Below are positions 1 to 11,200 of a stretch of DNA of 61,688 nucleotides, piece by piece. The stretch lies in NCBI GenBank assembly GCA_002104905.1, contig MCFE01000530.1, positions 1 to 61,688 of the forward strand, in the 5' to 3' direction. Within the stretch, counting starts at the first letter, position 1. Each line of letters starts with the position of its first letter. This stretch comes from Basidiobolus meristosporus CBS 931.73. Taxonomy: Eukaryota > Fungi > Basidiobolomycota. The notes beneath the pieces were generated by a model. That model did not search any database. It saw only the letters and a program-made list of their open reading frames with translations, and had not been told where the DNA came from. The position numbers and the translations under genes are program-made.

Positions 1-1416
1 CATGGCCAAGCAGAATGCACTTGACTTGCTCCATGAGCATTATCATGGATTCAGGCAGGCAAATGGATTATGGGCCAGCATTGGTATGCTAAGAAAGTAT
101 TTCAAGAATAACAGAAACTATCAAAGGCAGAAGAACAAGGATGCCATGGCTAAAAACCAGCAGATTCCTCAAGTGCCCATCACAAGAAGGGCCAAATGCT
201 CCAATCAAGCATCAAAGAGACATCAGGTAGCTGAAAGAGTGCCAATAGGCAACAAGCAGGCAGACATGAATGCACCAGCACAACATTTATCAAGGAAAAA
301 GTGTAGTACCATTCAAGAAGCATTCAGTCAAACTGGCACTGATAAAACCAGCTACTTTCACAGGAGCCTGTTACAACTACAGCTGAGAGCTCAAAACAAG
401 CAGAAAAGAAACATCAGGATGTCAGAAGAGTGCCAGAAAAGGACAAGCAGGCCAAAACAGATGCGTCAGAGCAGAGTTTATCAAGGAGAAAATGTAGTTC
501 ATTACAAGAAGCACTCATACAAAGTAGCAGTGAAAGACCTGGCAGTGAGAAAGGAAAAGGTAACTGGAAAAATGTCTACGCAAGACTGAGATAGGGAAGC
601 ATGCAAAAAGAACTGCATTTTCTGCCAATTACCACCACCAGCCTGGAGCAGACTAAATCCCACCATAGCCAAGAATAATTACCAACAAGAAAACAGCTGT
701 TTTCACAAGAGTTGAAAGTGCAGCTAGTTGGGCTACACTCCAGCAAGATAGATGAGTTTGCAGAGAAAGAAATTTGTCAACCACAGTCTCCATGTCCTCC
801 ATTGTTGAAAGAGTGGGGATCCCACCAACAGACAAGGCTATAACATCATTAACTCAAAAGACTATTGCAATGCCTTTAGTGGAATCGTGGAACATTAATA
901 GGAACAGAAGAGATTGCAGCACTTCTTCAAGGGCTTTGCTCAAGAAATTGCAGATGAATATTGCAAGAATATATTGCAAAGACTGGCAGATGAGGTGCTA
1001 GACCTTGCAGTGCCAGCTGCAGACCAGGATGTGTGGGAACCAATGAATGTACAGTGGCATAATGCCAGTGGGTTCCTGCCAAAGTCATGGAACCAGAGTG
1101 TTACAGCAGAAATATATATTGAGTGATGGATTTTAATGGAGTTACTTGTGGAGTGTGGGGTTGGGCTCAATGCTAGTGTTGGGTAAAGGGGCTTGTGTAG
1201 GTTAGTACAATTGGCAATTGAGGTACAAGTTAAGTTTCAATCAAAATTAATCAATTTGTACCCATGAAAAGTAAGAGAAATAGTAGAGTCAGGAAGTAAG
1301 GAGCGTGAAAAAGAGGCAATAGCCAATCAATGCACACAAATGTAGGAGGTGATAGAGTGTCTGGGATCAGAAAGTGAGCAAATTGGCAGGGAACCAATCA
1401 AAAGCCACTAATATAA

Positions 1417-1708
1417 TGTTGTGAAGAAAATTTTGACTAAGTTTCTTGTGAAATCTGGGGTGCAATTATTTTTCAGCAGTCTCTGCTTGGTGTCCTGACA
1501 GGATCAGTACCTCTTAGTCATGGGACTTTAAGTCTGTGGTGGCCTTTTGACAGGATCATCACAATAATTTCTCATAGGGATCATGAACTCAAAAGACTAT
1601 TGCAATGCCTACTGTGGAATGTTGGCTCATTCATAGGCACACCAAGAGGTTGCAATGCTTCTTCAAGAGCAGAGCCCAAGAAAATGCACTAGAATATTGC
1701 AAGGACTT
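1417..1708. repeat. Degenerate LTR-like repeat (family C)
   Basis: Starts TGTTGTGAAG. A diverged copy starting TGTTGTGATG lies at 5117-5283. The AACTCAAAAGACTATTGCAATGCC segment recurs at ~855-975. No PBS or matching TSD found. Confidence 0.4.
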
Positions 1709-2454
1709 ATTAGACTTGTTCCATCGTACCGTGCCAGGGCGCGCGGCGCGATCCGCGGTTGCAAAGAACGATTGGGCGCGATATCCTAGCTACCAGAAGG
1801 CAGGATCGTTCTTGTACAATTTCACACTATGCGGGACGATCCCGCACACTATGGCACAATCTGACATGATGAGGTTGGCACGGATGATCGCGCCAACTTG
1901 TAATGTTTGCATCACGTGCACGATTGGATACCGCTATAATGGCAGGTAAAATCCGGTATTTGGATATGTTTCTTTAATGTAAATGGAAATAAATGTGTAT
2001 CACACTATAAACTACACTGATACTTACCATTTTGGTTACCCTCACTCCAATTGGACGGTATCTCAGTGGTTAATTGGTCCAAAAGTATCCTGAAGCTGGC
2101 AGCCCCCAATTGGCTCATTGACTACTGAAAAAGCTACCTGATTTGCCATCAAATATCCCATTTTGCCCATTGAGCAAGTAAATCCCTGATCCTAGTGATT
2201 GGGCTAGGTGTCATAGCTAGCATGCAAGCAATCGTGTAGGTGCAAAACAGATCCAATTGCTGCACTGGTATTACAGATGACGTATATATATGCAGGGTGT
2301 TTATTTATAGGGGCTCTGTCTCAAATGTGAGATGATCTTGATATTACTTATATCAAAAATTTGATGATCACTGATTTGCGATGGCTTGATTCAGATCGCA
2401 AAAAAAAAGGGTTGTTGGGATCATTACAAATGTGAGCAATTCAAAGCGATCGCA

Positions 2455-3687
2455 TCATCTTCTCCTGGGTTTTTTTCTCACAGAGATTACTACTGAAGCA
2501 TTTGGTAGTGACTCACTTTGCACACCTATACTACTTCCTGGCTGACTATCATCTTGGCTACTTGTGTATTTGTAGTCAGTATTTTGCCTCCTAGTTGATG
2601 AGTGCAATGCTGCAGCTTGGCCGCGCTGAATTGCTCCAACTGAACCAACTGAACCGGCCTGTAGTGCCACGCGCTGACGCGTTCTTTTACTTGCCAAGGG
2701 CTCTGGTGGTTGAGGCACTTCATGTTGGTCATCATCAGTCAGTTCACCAGAAGTAACTCGCTGATGGTTGGGCGAAACGGCACGCACAGGCACGCCTTGA
2801 CGTGTTGAGATGGCCCTTGGCTGAGTTCAATGTGATGCCGCATGTTGACGCGACTTGGTCCGCTCCAATGGACTTGTGTCTAAATGAGCAGTTTGGCAAG
2901 TTCTCGTAGTTTTGCTCTGAAGCACGCGCGTTGACTTGACGCGGGGCGTTCTGGTAAAGGGTGTTGGCGTGGTCTGGACTGACGTGTGCTGGCGTGCTGT
3001 GGTTGCAAGAGATGGTAGGGAATCCAGCGAGGCATGCTGGCGCGATCTGGACAATGTTGCTCGCGGTCTGTATTCTTCCTCCTGAAGCTCACCATCTGAT
3101 TCCTCAAGGTATTCACTTACCCTCTGTCTGATACTTTGGAGCTGTTGCCTCGATGAGTCCTGTGTATATTGCTCTCGGAAGCCACTTAGCTCTACTAATA
3201 TATCACGTAGTATATTAGTCATTTGAGGCAAAAACTCATTCAAAATCTCTTTGGTTCCCAAAGTTGAGGCACAAACGGACATGTCCGGCCCGTACTGTGC
3301 AAATTGCACGCCAAATTGTTCCCGCGTGGCTTCTTTGTCAAATCCCCTCACTCTCAGCTCATTCTTGATTTCAATACTTGTCTTGTTATATATCTTTTTA
3401 CATACATTGGCTGGCATCTTGATTTAGAACTCATGCCACAGCTTTCTACTCAAATTCTTCCATATTTGTCAACTCTCTGAGGTATCTAGTTCTGCTAGAT
3501 TAATCAGTAGTGCCCAAATATCTGTATGAAGGCTCATCATAGACACTTGGGCCATACTAAGATCATTTGGCAAGAACTTGAACGGATCCAACATCGACTT
3601 CTCCGGTCCGGACTGCGCTTGTGAGCTGGGGGATGGGTTTTGTCTGGGTTGTACTAAAGATGAGTTGAGGCTTGGTATGGGGACCAT
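2455..3687 (-). pseudogene. Transposon ORF2, probable Myb/SANT-like (trihelix) DNA-binding protein, interrupted by stops
   Basis: ORFs 3469-3687, 2827-3417 and 2455-2793 share one frame and are separated only by TGA/TAA stops (plausibly CGA>TGA, CAA>TAA). Read through: SES*QIWKNLSRKLWHEF*IKMPANVCKKIYNK, a trihelix-like W..L...L...F......CK..Y pattern, followed by a long Ser/Thr/Gln/Arg-rich disordered tail. Confidence 0.6.
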
Positions 3688-4004
3688 AGCAACAGATTTG
3701 GATACTTATACTGCAGTATATTGGCATCAATCTGGTCTTATATGAAATATATATGAAAACTAAAGTGATTGTTGAATTTTCCATATATTATGCATGATGC
3801 ATCTCGGATTGCGTTGACACAGATCAGATCACATCAATCGCAGATTTCCTATTTGATTATAGACCTATGATTAAAGCATCAATAAAAGTACCAAGGCATT
3901 GTTTGCGGATGATTTTTGTGACATAATGATGGGATACATGGCAATTGATGGAGATTTAACCATAATGTGTTAAAAATCAGATAAATAATGCAGATCACGC
4001 CAAA

Positions 4005-4931
4005 TTGATTCAAACCACCTCCATACGATCATCCATCAATTTTAATATGACTTACTCATCTGAATGGTCTTTTCTCATCAATCCCATCACTACCACTGGA
4101 TTTCCTTTTGACACACTAGAGGAGATCTATTCCAAGTACTGTGGACCATCAACCCCAATCTACTCAAGGAGATCCCTTGTTAAGCTTCTCTGCTATTACA
4201 AGAACTATTGCCCTACAAGGTTTCATCCCACCATCCATGGCAACAAAAGTCCTAGAAGCTTTCATTCCCAGCTGACAGCAATGGAGAACCACCTTGCAGA
4301 GGGTATGAATGACTTAGAGCAAGCTTGGAATACTAGGTTCAGAAGCTCCAATAGACTTCCATATCCCAGAGTGTTCAGCAACAGGTTCCATATCAGGAGT
4401 ATTTTGGATACCTTCCCAGTGAGGATTAACAGACCCTCTAGAGGGCAGAGGCACTTTTATTCTGGCAAGTACAAGGCACACTGTGTGAAGTTTCAAGCAC
4501 TGTCTGACATTGAGGGTAACATCATCTGGTTTAGTGGGCTATTTGCTGGAAGTAGGCATGACAAAGCACTCTGGGTAGAGAATCATCCTGAATTCAGTAG
4601 AGGGGAGAAATGTATGGCAGACTTAGCCTATATAGGAGAGGATTGTCAGAGATTGGGATGTATTACAGCTTATAGAAAGCCAAGGAATGGAGTGCTTAGC
4701 AGGAAGCAGAAGCTCTACAATGAGATATTTAATCATTTCAGAGTAAGGGTAGAGCACACATTTGGATATCTGAAGAGATTCAGCATATTGGCAGGTAAAT
4801 ACAGAGGAAAGTCATATATAGGTGAAAACAGCAGGATAGGTAAAATAGTTAAGATACTTATTAATGCACAGTATGTTCATACAAGAAGACATCCACTGAG
4901 AGAAATGTGTCTGGAGCATTATGAAGAGTAA
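4005..4931 (+). CDS. DDE_Tnp_4-type (Harbinger/IS5-like) transposase
   Basis: Motifs ILDTFPVRINRP, FYSGKYKAHCVKFQ, FAGSRHD, MADLAYIG and RVRVEHTFGYLKRFSIL match the DDE_Tnp_4 catalytic pattern. Open frame of 308 aa; true start uncertain. Confidence 0.9.
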   Translation: MIQTTSIRSSINFNMTYSSEWSFLINPITTTGFPFDTLEEIYSKYCGPSTPIYSRRSLVKLLCYYKNYCPTRFHPTIHGNKSPRSFHSQLTAMENHLAEGMNDLEQAWNTRFRSSNRLPYPRVFSNRFHIRSILDTFPVRINRPSRGQRHFYSGKYKAHCVKFQALSDIEGNIIWFSGLFAGSRHDKALWVENHPEFSRGEKCMADLAYIGEDCQRLGCITAYRKPRNGVLSRKQKLYNEIFNHFRVRVEHTFGYLKRFSILAGKYRGKSYIGENSRIGKIVKILINAQYVHTRRHPLREMCLEHYEE

Positions 4932-5283
4932 ATAAAGCAAGGAAAGCACTATTCTGAGCAACATAAGTAAGATTGAGTAAAATTACCAGTAACTGTATCA
5001 TTCCACTGGCATCATGGTAGAAATTATAGTGCCAGATAGTGCCGTAGGGTGCCAGATTGATCCAGCACCATAAACAGGCTGGCACTATGTGGCACTATCC
5101 AACGGCACAAGTCTATTGTTGTGATGAAAAATCTTGACCAAGTTCCTGTGAAACCTGAGGTGCAACTTTTTGATGGTCTTTGCATGGTATCCTGATGGAA
5201 TGAACACCAATTAGTCATATGATTTTAATTTTGTGACAGCCTTTTAATGTGATTTTCACAGTTATTTATTGCATGATATTGTC

Positions 5284-5506
5284 TGTTGCAATATTCTGAG
5301 GTGTATTGGAAGTGATGTGGAACACTAGAGGATAGACATGTTATTCACTTATATAATTATTGATCAAAAGTATGGTATTTATACTTTGATGAAGTAGTGC
5401 AAATAAATGTGTAGAGTTTGTTAAGGAAGGTCCCAAGAAGATATGTGCAAAGTTTGGGGGCTTTTGGACAGCTTTGAGAAAGATCACAATCTGGGCACCT
5501 GATAAT
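5284..5506. repeat. Older copia LTR (family B), left part; continues at 16411-16541
   Basis: Collinear with the LTR at 18616-18965. The sequence CCTGATAATTTGGTGAAAA is split at ATAAT by the copia insertion 5507-16410. Confidence 0.7.
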
Positions 5507-5587
5507 TGTTGTAAGAGTTTTAGAGATATTGGAAGTGATTGCCAGGACAAATATATTATGTGGTTTTCACTTAATGATGTATTGAAT

Positions 5588-5885
5588 AGACTTGCTCCAT
5601 TGGATAGTGCCACATTGAGCCATGAGTGCCAAATGATGCCATAGTGTGCCAGAGAGGCTAAGTGGGCCTATACTTGGACACAGAGTGTGAAACATAGATC
5701 TGCAACCTCATGCAAAGCAGCTCCTGTGTTTCACTAATTGTGATGGAAAAAATCCATTTCTTGACCTTTTTTTTAGGTAAATGTTGTACAGGATTTGCAA
5801 GTGCACAAAAGCATAGAAGATATGCATCTGATACTCAAGACCCAGGGCACTCGGAATCTAGCTCCTGTGGCTTGTGACATGTGTT
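5588..5885. mobile_element. Left arm of foldback MITE (same family as 16583-18014), truncated
   Basis: Begins AAT|AGACTTGCTCCATTGGATAGTGCCAC and is collinear with the left arm of the 16583 MITE. It is inserted in the copia 3' LTR and fused by deletion to the copia RT. Confidence 0.8.
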
Positions 5886-8294
5886 ATTGACAGCCATAAT
5901 TAGATGATCCACATATAGAGCTAATATAACTGGATTTACTCTATCTGGCTTATAGAATATACTGTAGTCAGCATTACTCCTTTTGAAACTTAAAGATTCC
6001 AAATAAGAATCTATCTTGCAATTCCAGGCTCTTGGTGATTGTTTTAGACCATATAGTGACTATTTAAGCTTACAGACCAAATAGGGGTTATCTTAGTCAA
6101 CAAACCCATCAGGCTGGTACATACACATGTCCTCATCAAGCTTTCCATTCAAAAAAGCAGCTTTTACATCCATTTGATGAATAAAAAACTTATATTTGGC
6201 TGCAATAGCCAATATTAATCTAATGGAATTAAACTTGGATACCGGTGCAAAGGTCTCAGTATGGTCAAGTCCTTTTATTTCAGAGTATCCTTTGGCCACA
6301 AGTCTTGCCTTGTATCTTTTAATTGTACCATGAGCCTTGTAGTTGGTCTTGAAGACCCATCTGCATCCAATGGATTTTTGGTTAATTGGTAAATTGACTA
6401 AGTCCCAAGTTTGATTTTCCATCAGGGCCTGATATTCCTCAGACATTGCAGATCTCCAAGACTTCATCTGAGAGCAATTTAGGGCCTCTTTTACAGTCTG
6501 GGGCTCATCAATATGGACTGAATAGGCATAGGCTAAGCCTGTACCCTCATTTGTAAAGTAATTTAGGCTATTTCTTATTTGATTGGATCTCCAGGCATTT
6601 CATACTGGAATGATCACTTCTGGGATATTCCTGGGTATGGATTCTGGCTGAACCACAGTTGTAGAGTTCTCTGGAGTGAAAAATTCTCATTGATTTGCTC
6701 TGATTCAATCCTGGCAATTGGTGGACTTGAGATCAGATTTTTGTCATCATCTGAGGTCATTTTTTGTGAGAATTTTGAATTTTTATCAAACACCACATCC
6801 CTGGACTTGATTAGCTTCTTGGCTTTGGTATTGTAAAGTCTGTATGCCTTACTCTCATTGCAGTTGCCCAAAAATATGCATTTTACACTCTTTGGCTCAA
6901 ATTTTGATTGATTTCCAGGCAGTTTCTTGGCATATGCTGTGCACCCAAATATTCTTGATATCCTTACCTGGTCTGTATCCATACCATGCTTCAAATGGAG
7001 TAGAACCACAGAGTATTCTGCTATAACTCCTATTTTTAAGTTATACAGCAGTGGCAACTGATTCTGCCCAACAATCATAGGATAATACTTGATCATGGAT
7101 AATAGATCTTGCCATATCAGTTGTTGATCTGTTGGCAGATTCTGCTACCCCATATTGCTGTGGGGAGTATGGTGCAGTAGTCTATTGCTTTATCCCATGA
7201 ATTTTGCAGAATTGGATGATGAGTTTTGAGATATATTCTCCACCATTGTCAAAGCGTATTTTCTTGATTTTTTTAACAGTTTCTCTCTCTACCATGGCTT
7301 TAAACTCCCTGAACTTAGACAGAGCTTCTTCCTTTCTCTCCATGAGGTAGACCCACATGTATCTGTAAAATCATCAATAAAATTGATAAAATACTTCATC
7401 CTGCCTAAGGATAAATTTTGCTTAGGTCCACACAGATCTGAGTGAATTAAATCTAATTTTTCTTAGTTTTTATCAACCCAGAGCTCTTGAACAGTTGTCT
7501 GGCTTGTTTCCTATATATGCAGACTTCACATTGCTCTAAACTAGCTGGGGGATTAATTTTTACCCCAGAAACTAGCTGATCTTTGATCATTTTGTGCAAA
7601 TAATCAAATTTGATGTGCCCAAATCTCCTGTGCCAAAGCTTTTGTGTTTCTTTATATAAGTTACTTATACTGGCTTCTAAATATGATGGAATAAAAGTCA
7701 ACTTGTATAGATGTTGATCTCTGATACCCAAAGCAATGTTGGCACCATTTTTATCAGTGATCTTGCATCCAGAATTGTCAAAGCTGAAGCTGAGTCCTTC
7801 TACTGTGGCCTTGCTTACAGAGAGTAGATTTTTGGCTATTTCTAATACATAGAGTACTTCTTTCAAGGTCAGTGTATGGCTTCCTTCACTGCTTCTTAGG
7901 TTTACTTGGATAGTTCCTTCTCTCACTGCATCAAGTGCTCTATTGTCACCCATGAAAACCTTCCAAATTGGAATATCTTGATACTGGGTAAGAAGTTCTT
8001 TTTGGTGTGTAAAGTGTTGAGATGCTCCAGAGTCAATATACTGCATCTGAGAATCCTTGTTTGTGGTCATATTTAGTGCAGATATGAATAGTCTATCTTC
8101 AGTTGTTGCAGCATATCCATATCCAGGCTTTTTATGCTGACTATCTTTCTTTTTGAAGCACCAGTCTGATGTGTGTCCTTTCCTTTTGCAGTTGTTAAAA
8201 AACAGGTTGCTGTTGCCTTTGTAGGGTCTTGGGTACCTCCTTTGTTAGTTATCATTGCCTAGTAAAGCATTTTCTTCTTCCTTCTTATTGGCGC

Positions 8295-11200
8295 TGTGGT
8301 GGTGTATAAGTCCAAGGGAGAGATGCATCCAACACTTCTCAAGTGTTTTGTGTGTGGGGTGTTCACTGGGTGCAATAATCTCTGGCAAAAGCTTGCTAGG
8401 AATACTTGGGTTCTGTCTCTAATCTAATGTGAAGGGGAATAAAGCCACAAGCTTGTCAAGGGAAAACTCTTGAGCTACAATCCCCAACTTAGTTGGCGTC
8501 TTAACAAAAGTATGTGCTGGGTTCAGCATCCTTTGAGATGACAATGTACTAAAGCTTCCAAATTCAAAACAACTGTAAACTCCACCAGCAGGGACTTGAT
8601 AAGAATGCAGCTGTGGTCAATAGTTACAAAGACAGAAAAGTATCTTTGCCTGTACAAGAACAAACTTGGGAAAGAATCAAATATAATAAAAGATACCTAC
8701 TCTGAGTATTCCTCACAAGTAGTGCCTCCAAGGTCAGTTGGCTGACAGCACGGTTTCCTGAGAGTGTCCTGTGGTCTGGGGTTGGAAGTTCAGGTAGCAG
8801 CAGGTAGCAGTGATCACACTAATCTACAAGTTGGTATATTGATAAAAGGGATGATGATTTATTGTTGAGGGATAGCCTCCCTTATATACTTTTCTCACTG
8901 GCTAAGTGATTACTAATCATGGTGTTCCACAAGGTTCCAGATATCAATAGAAATCTTAATGACATCAGAATGATCTAAGAATGTTCTAAGTATGTGCTGG
9001 AAGATTCCAAGAGGCACAGCACATCCAACCAATCAGGAATCAGTATTCTGAAACCTGTGTAACATAGGGATACCCTATATGGTATGGAAATGATAGGGAT
9101 GGTGATATGGGTTGATCATGTGTCACAGGTACTGGTGTGGGTACTTGCCTAATATAGAAGTACTTATAGCTAGTAATCTTACATAAAGTGAGGGGTAACT
9201 TATGCAATAAGGTAAGCAAGTGTGACAGTCAACCAGCTTATGGGATAGTACTGATTGGGTAAGACAAATGGTATAAAACTAAAATAATTGTAGTAGAGAT
9301 ATAGGGAAGTAGAAAATAAGGGAATGAGCACATCTGTCAGTGGGTGTCACTGTCACCCCACTACATCCACCCCCCTCTCAGCTTTGAACTTGGGTCAAAG
9401 CAAACTAATCTTGAAGTGCAAAGTTCCTATGCTTGAATAACTTAAGTTGGTTTCCAGCAACTGGTGCTCTCAACTGGGTGTTGTCAAGCTCAGATATGTA
9501 ATAACTTCCATTTCCAATCCCTTTGGAAATGAGGTAGGGGCCAGTCCATTTGTTGTCAAACTTCCGACTCCATTGTTTGTCCAAGGTGGAATCACAGAGT
9601 AATACTGGGTCTCCTAGTGATAGTGGTTTTGGTCTTGTTGGGTGTGATTTGTCAAAGGGCACCTTGTTCTTCAGTTGTGTATCCTTAAGTTGTTCAGCAG
9701 CTCTGCTGATATTCAAGTCATGGTGATCAAGTTGCTGTATGCGAGTTGCAAGGAGGTCTTCAGTCTGCATATTGGATCTCCAATTCAATGAGTTCCAAGT
9801 GATGGTGTTTAACTCAACTGGTAGTATGTAGTCATGTCCATAGAGTAGCTTAAATGGCAATAATCCAATTGTTCTCTTGGTAGTAATTCTATCTGCCCAG
9901 AGTGCAAGATGTAATTGCGGTGGCCACTGTGTTGTGTTATTCTCACAGGTCTTGACAAGGGAGTTCACCAATGGTCCATGTCCTCTCTCTATCATTCCAT
10001 TGGCTTGAGGGTGGTAAGCTGTTGTAAAAGCAAGGTGTATCTTGTACTTTGAGCAGAACTCCTGGATCATTTGGGATGTCATCTCTCCTCTGTCAGCAAC
10101 AAACTGTTGGATGCAGCCAAATCTGCAGATGGTGTCTTCAAGTATAAATCTCCATATGGTATGGCTCTTGTTGTTGGGCAAGGCTTAAGCCTCTGCCCAT
10201 CCACAAAGGTCATCTCTAGCAACAATCAGTTACTTTTTTGATCCAGCTGTTGGCATGTGGGCAAGGTCAATAGCAACCTTTTGCCATAGACAGATTGTGT
10301 AAGTACAATGCAGTGGTTCTTCATAACGCTTGGAGGATCTCTTCTGGCAGGCTACACATGACTCAACAAAGTGTTGGATATCATAGTACATGTTTTCCCA
10401 GTAGTACCTCTGAGCTGTGGTATTTTATGTGGCTTCTTGTCCTCTATATCCTCCTGGTTCTCCTTGGTGGATACTTGTCATGATGTTCAGTTGCTCTTGT
10501 GGGGTGGTGACCACTCTTCTGGGCATAAGTCCAGGCTTCACTTGCTTAAAGAGAAGATCATCTTTGAGATAGTAGTGGTGTGCCTTCTTCCTGAGTTTCC
10601 ATCCAACTAGGTTTCTTGAGTGTCATTAGATATTCCTTGATCAGACTCCAGGTAGTTCTCTCTTGGTCTTTGATGGCAATCTGTTGGATCTCTGCATCAA
10701 TAATATCATCAAAGTGAGGGTTCAGGTCTTCAAATAGTTGTGGTCCCTTCCTGGAGAGTGCATCAGCCACAACATTTGTTTTGCCAGGGATATGTCTGAC
10801 CTCAAAGTCAAACATCTTCAGCCATGCCATCCATTGGTTTGGGGCATTATCAGGTAGGTCAGGCTTGTTGATCATCCCTATAAGTGGCTTGGCATCTGTC
10901 TCCAGGATAAAACGTGTCATGTAGAGTTGTAGCTTCAGCTTCCTCAGCATCTTCACAACTCCCAGTAGCTCTCTCTTAATCTGTGAGTACCTTTGTTCTC
11001 TAGGAGAGAATAGGCAGCTCTCATATCTGCAGGCATAGCGGTTGCCATCTTTATCATCCTGGCCAAGTAGTGCTCCAGCTCCTATAGGGCTTGCATCCAC
11101 TGTCAAAATAGGTGGGCATACATTGTTCTGATAGTCAAGAGGTCTTAGAACTGGTGGAGATACTAAGTCCTCTTTCAGTAATTGCATGGCTTCTTCTTGC

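Larger units (their letters stand above)
1712..5114. mobile_element. PIF/Harbinger-type (PHIS group) DNA transposon, two ORFs, 3-bp ATT TSD
   Basis: Imperfect TIRs: AGACTTGTTCCATCGTACCGTGCCA at 1712 and the reverse complement of AGACTTGTGCCGTTGGATAGTGCCA ending at 5114. ATT flanks both ends (1709-1711, 5115-5117). Contains a DDE transposase (+) and a second ORF (-). GTGCCA/TGGCAC motifs are repeated near the right end. Confidence 0.85.

Noticed and set aside
2-1200. 195-aa ORF and neighbouring short ORFs
   Set aside because: No recognisable motif. The sequence is CpG-stripped and shares segments with the degenerate repeat at 1417-1708, so it is probably decayed TE sequence.
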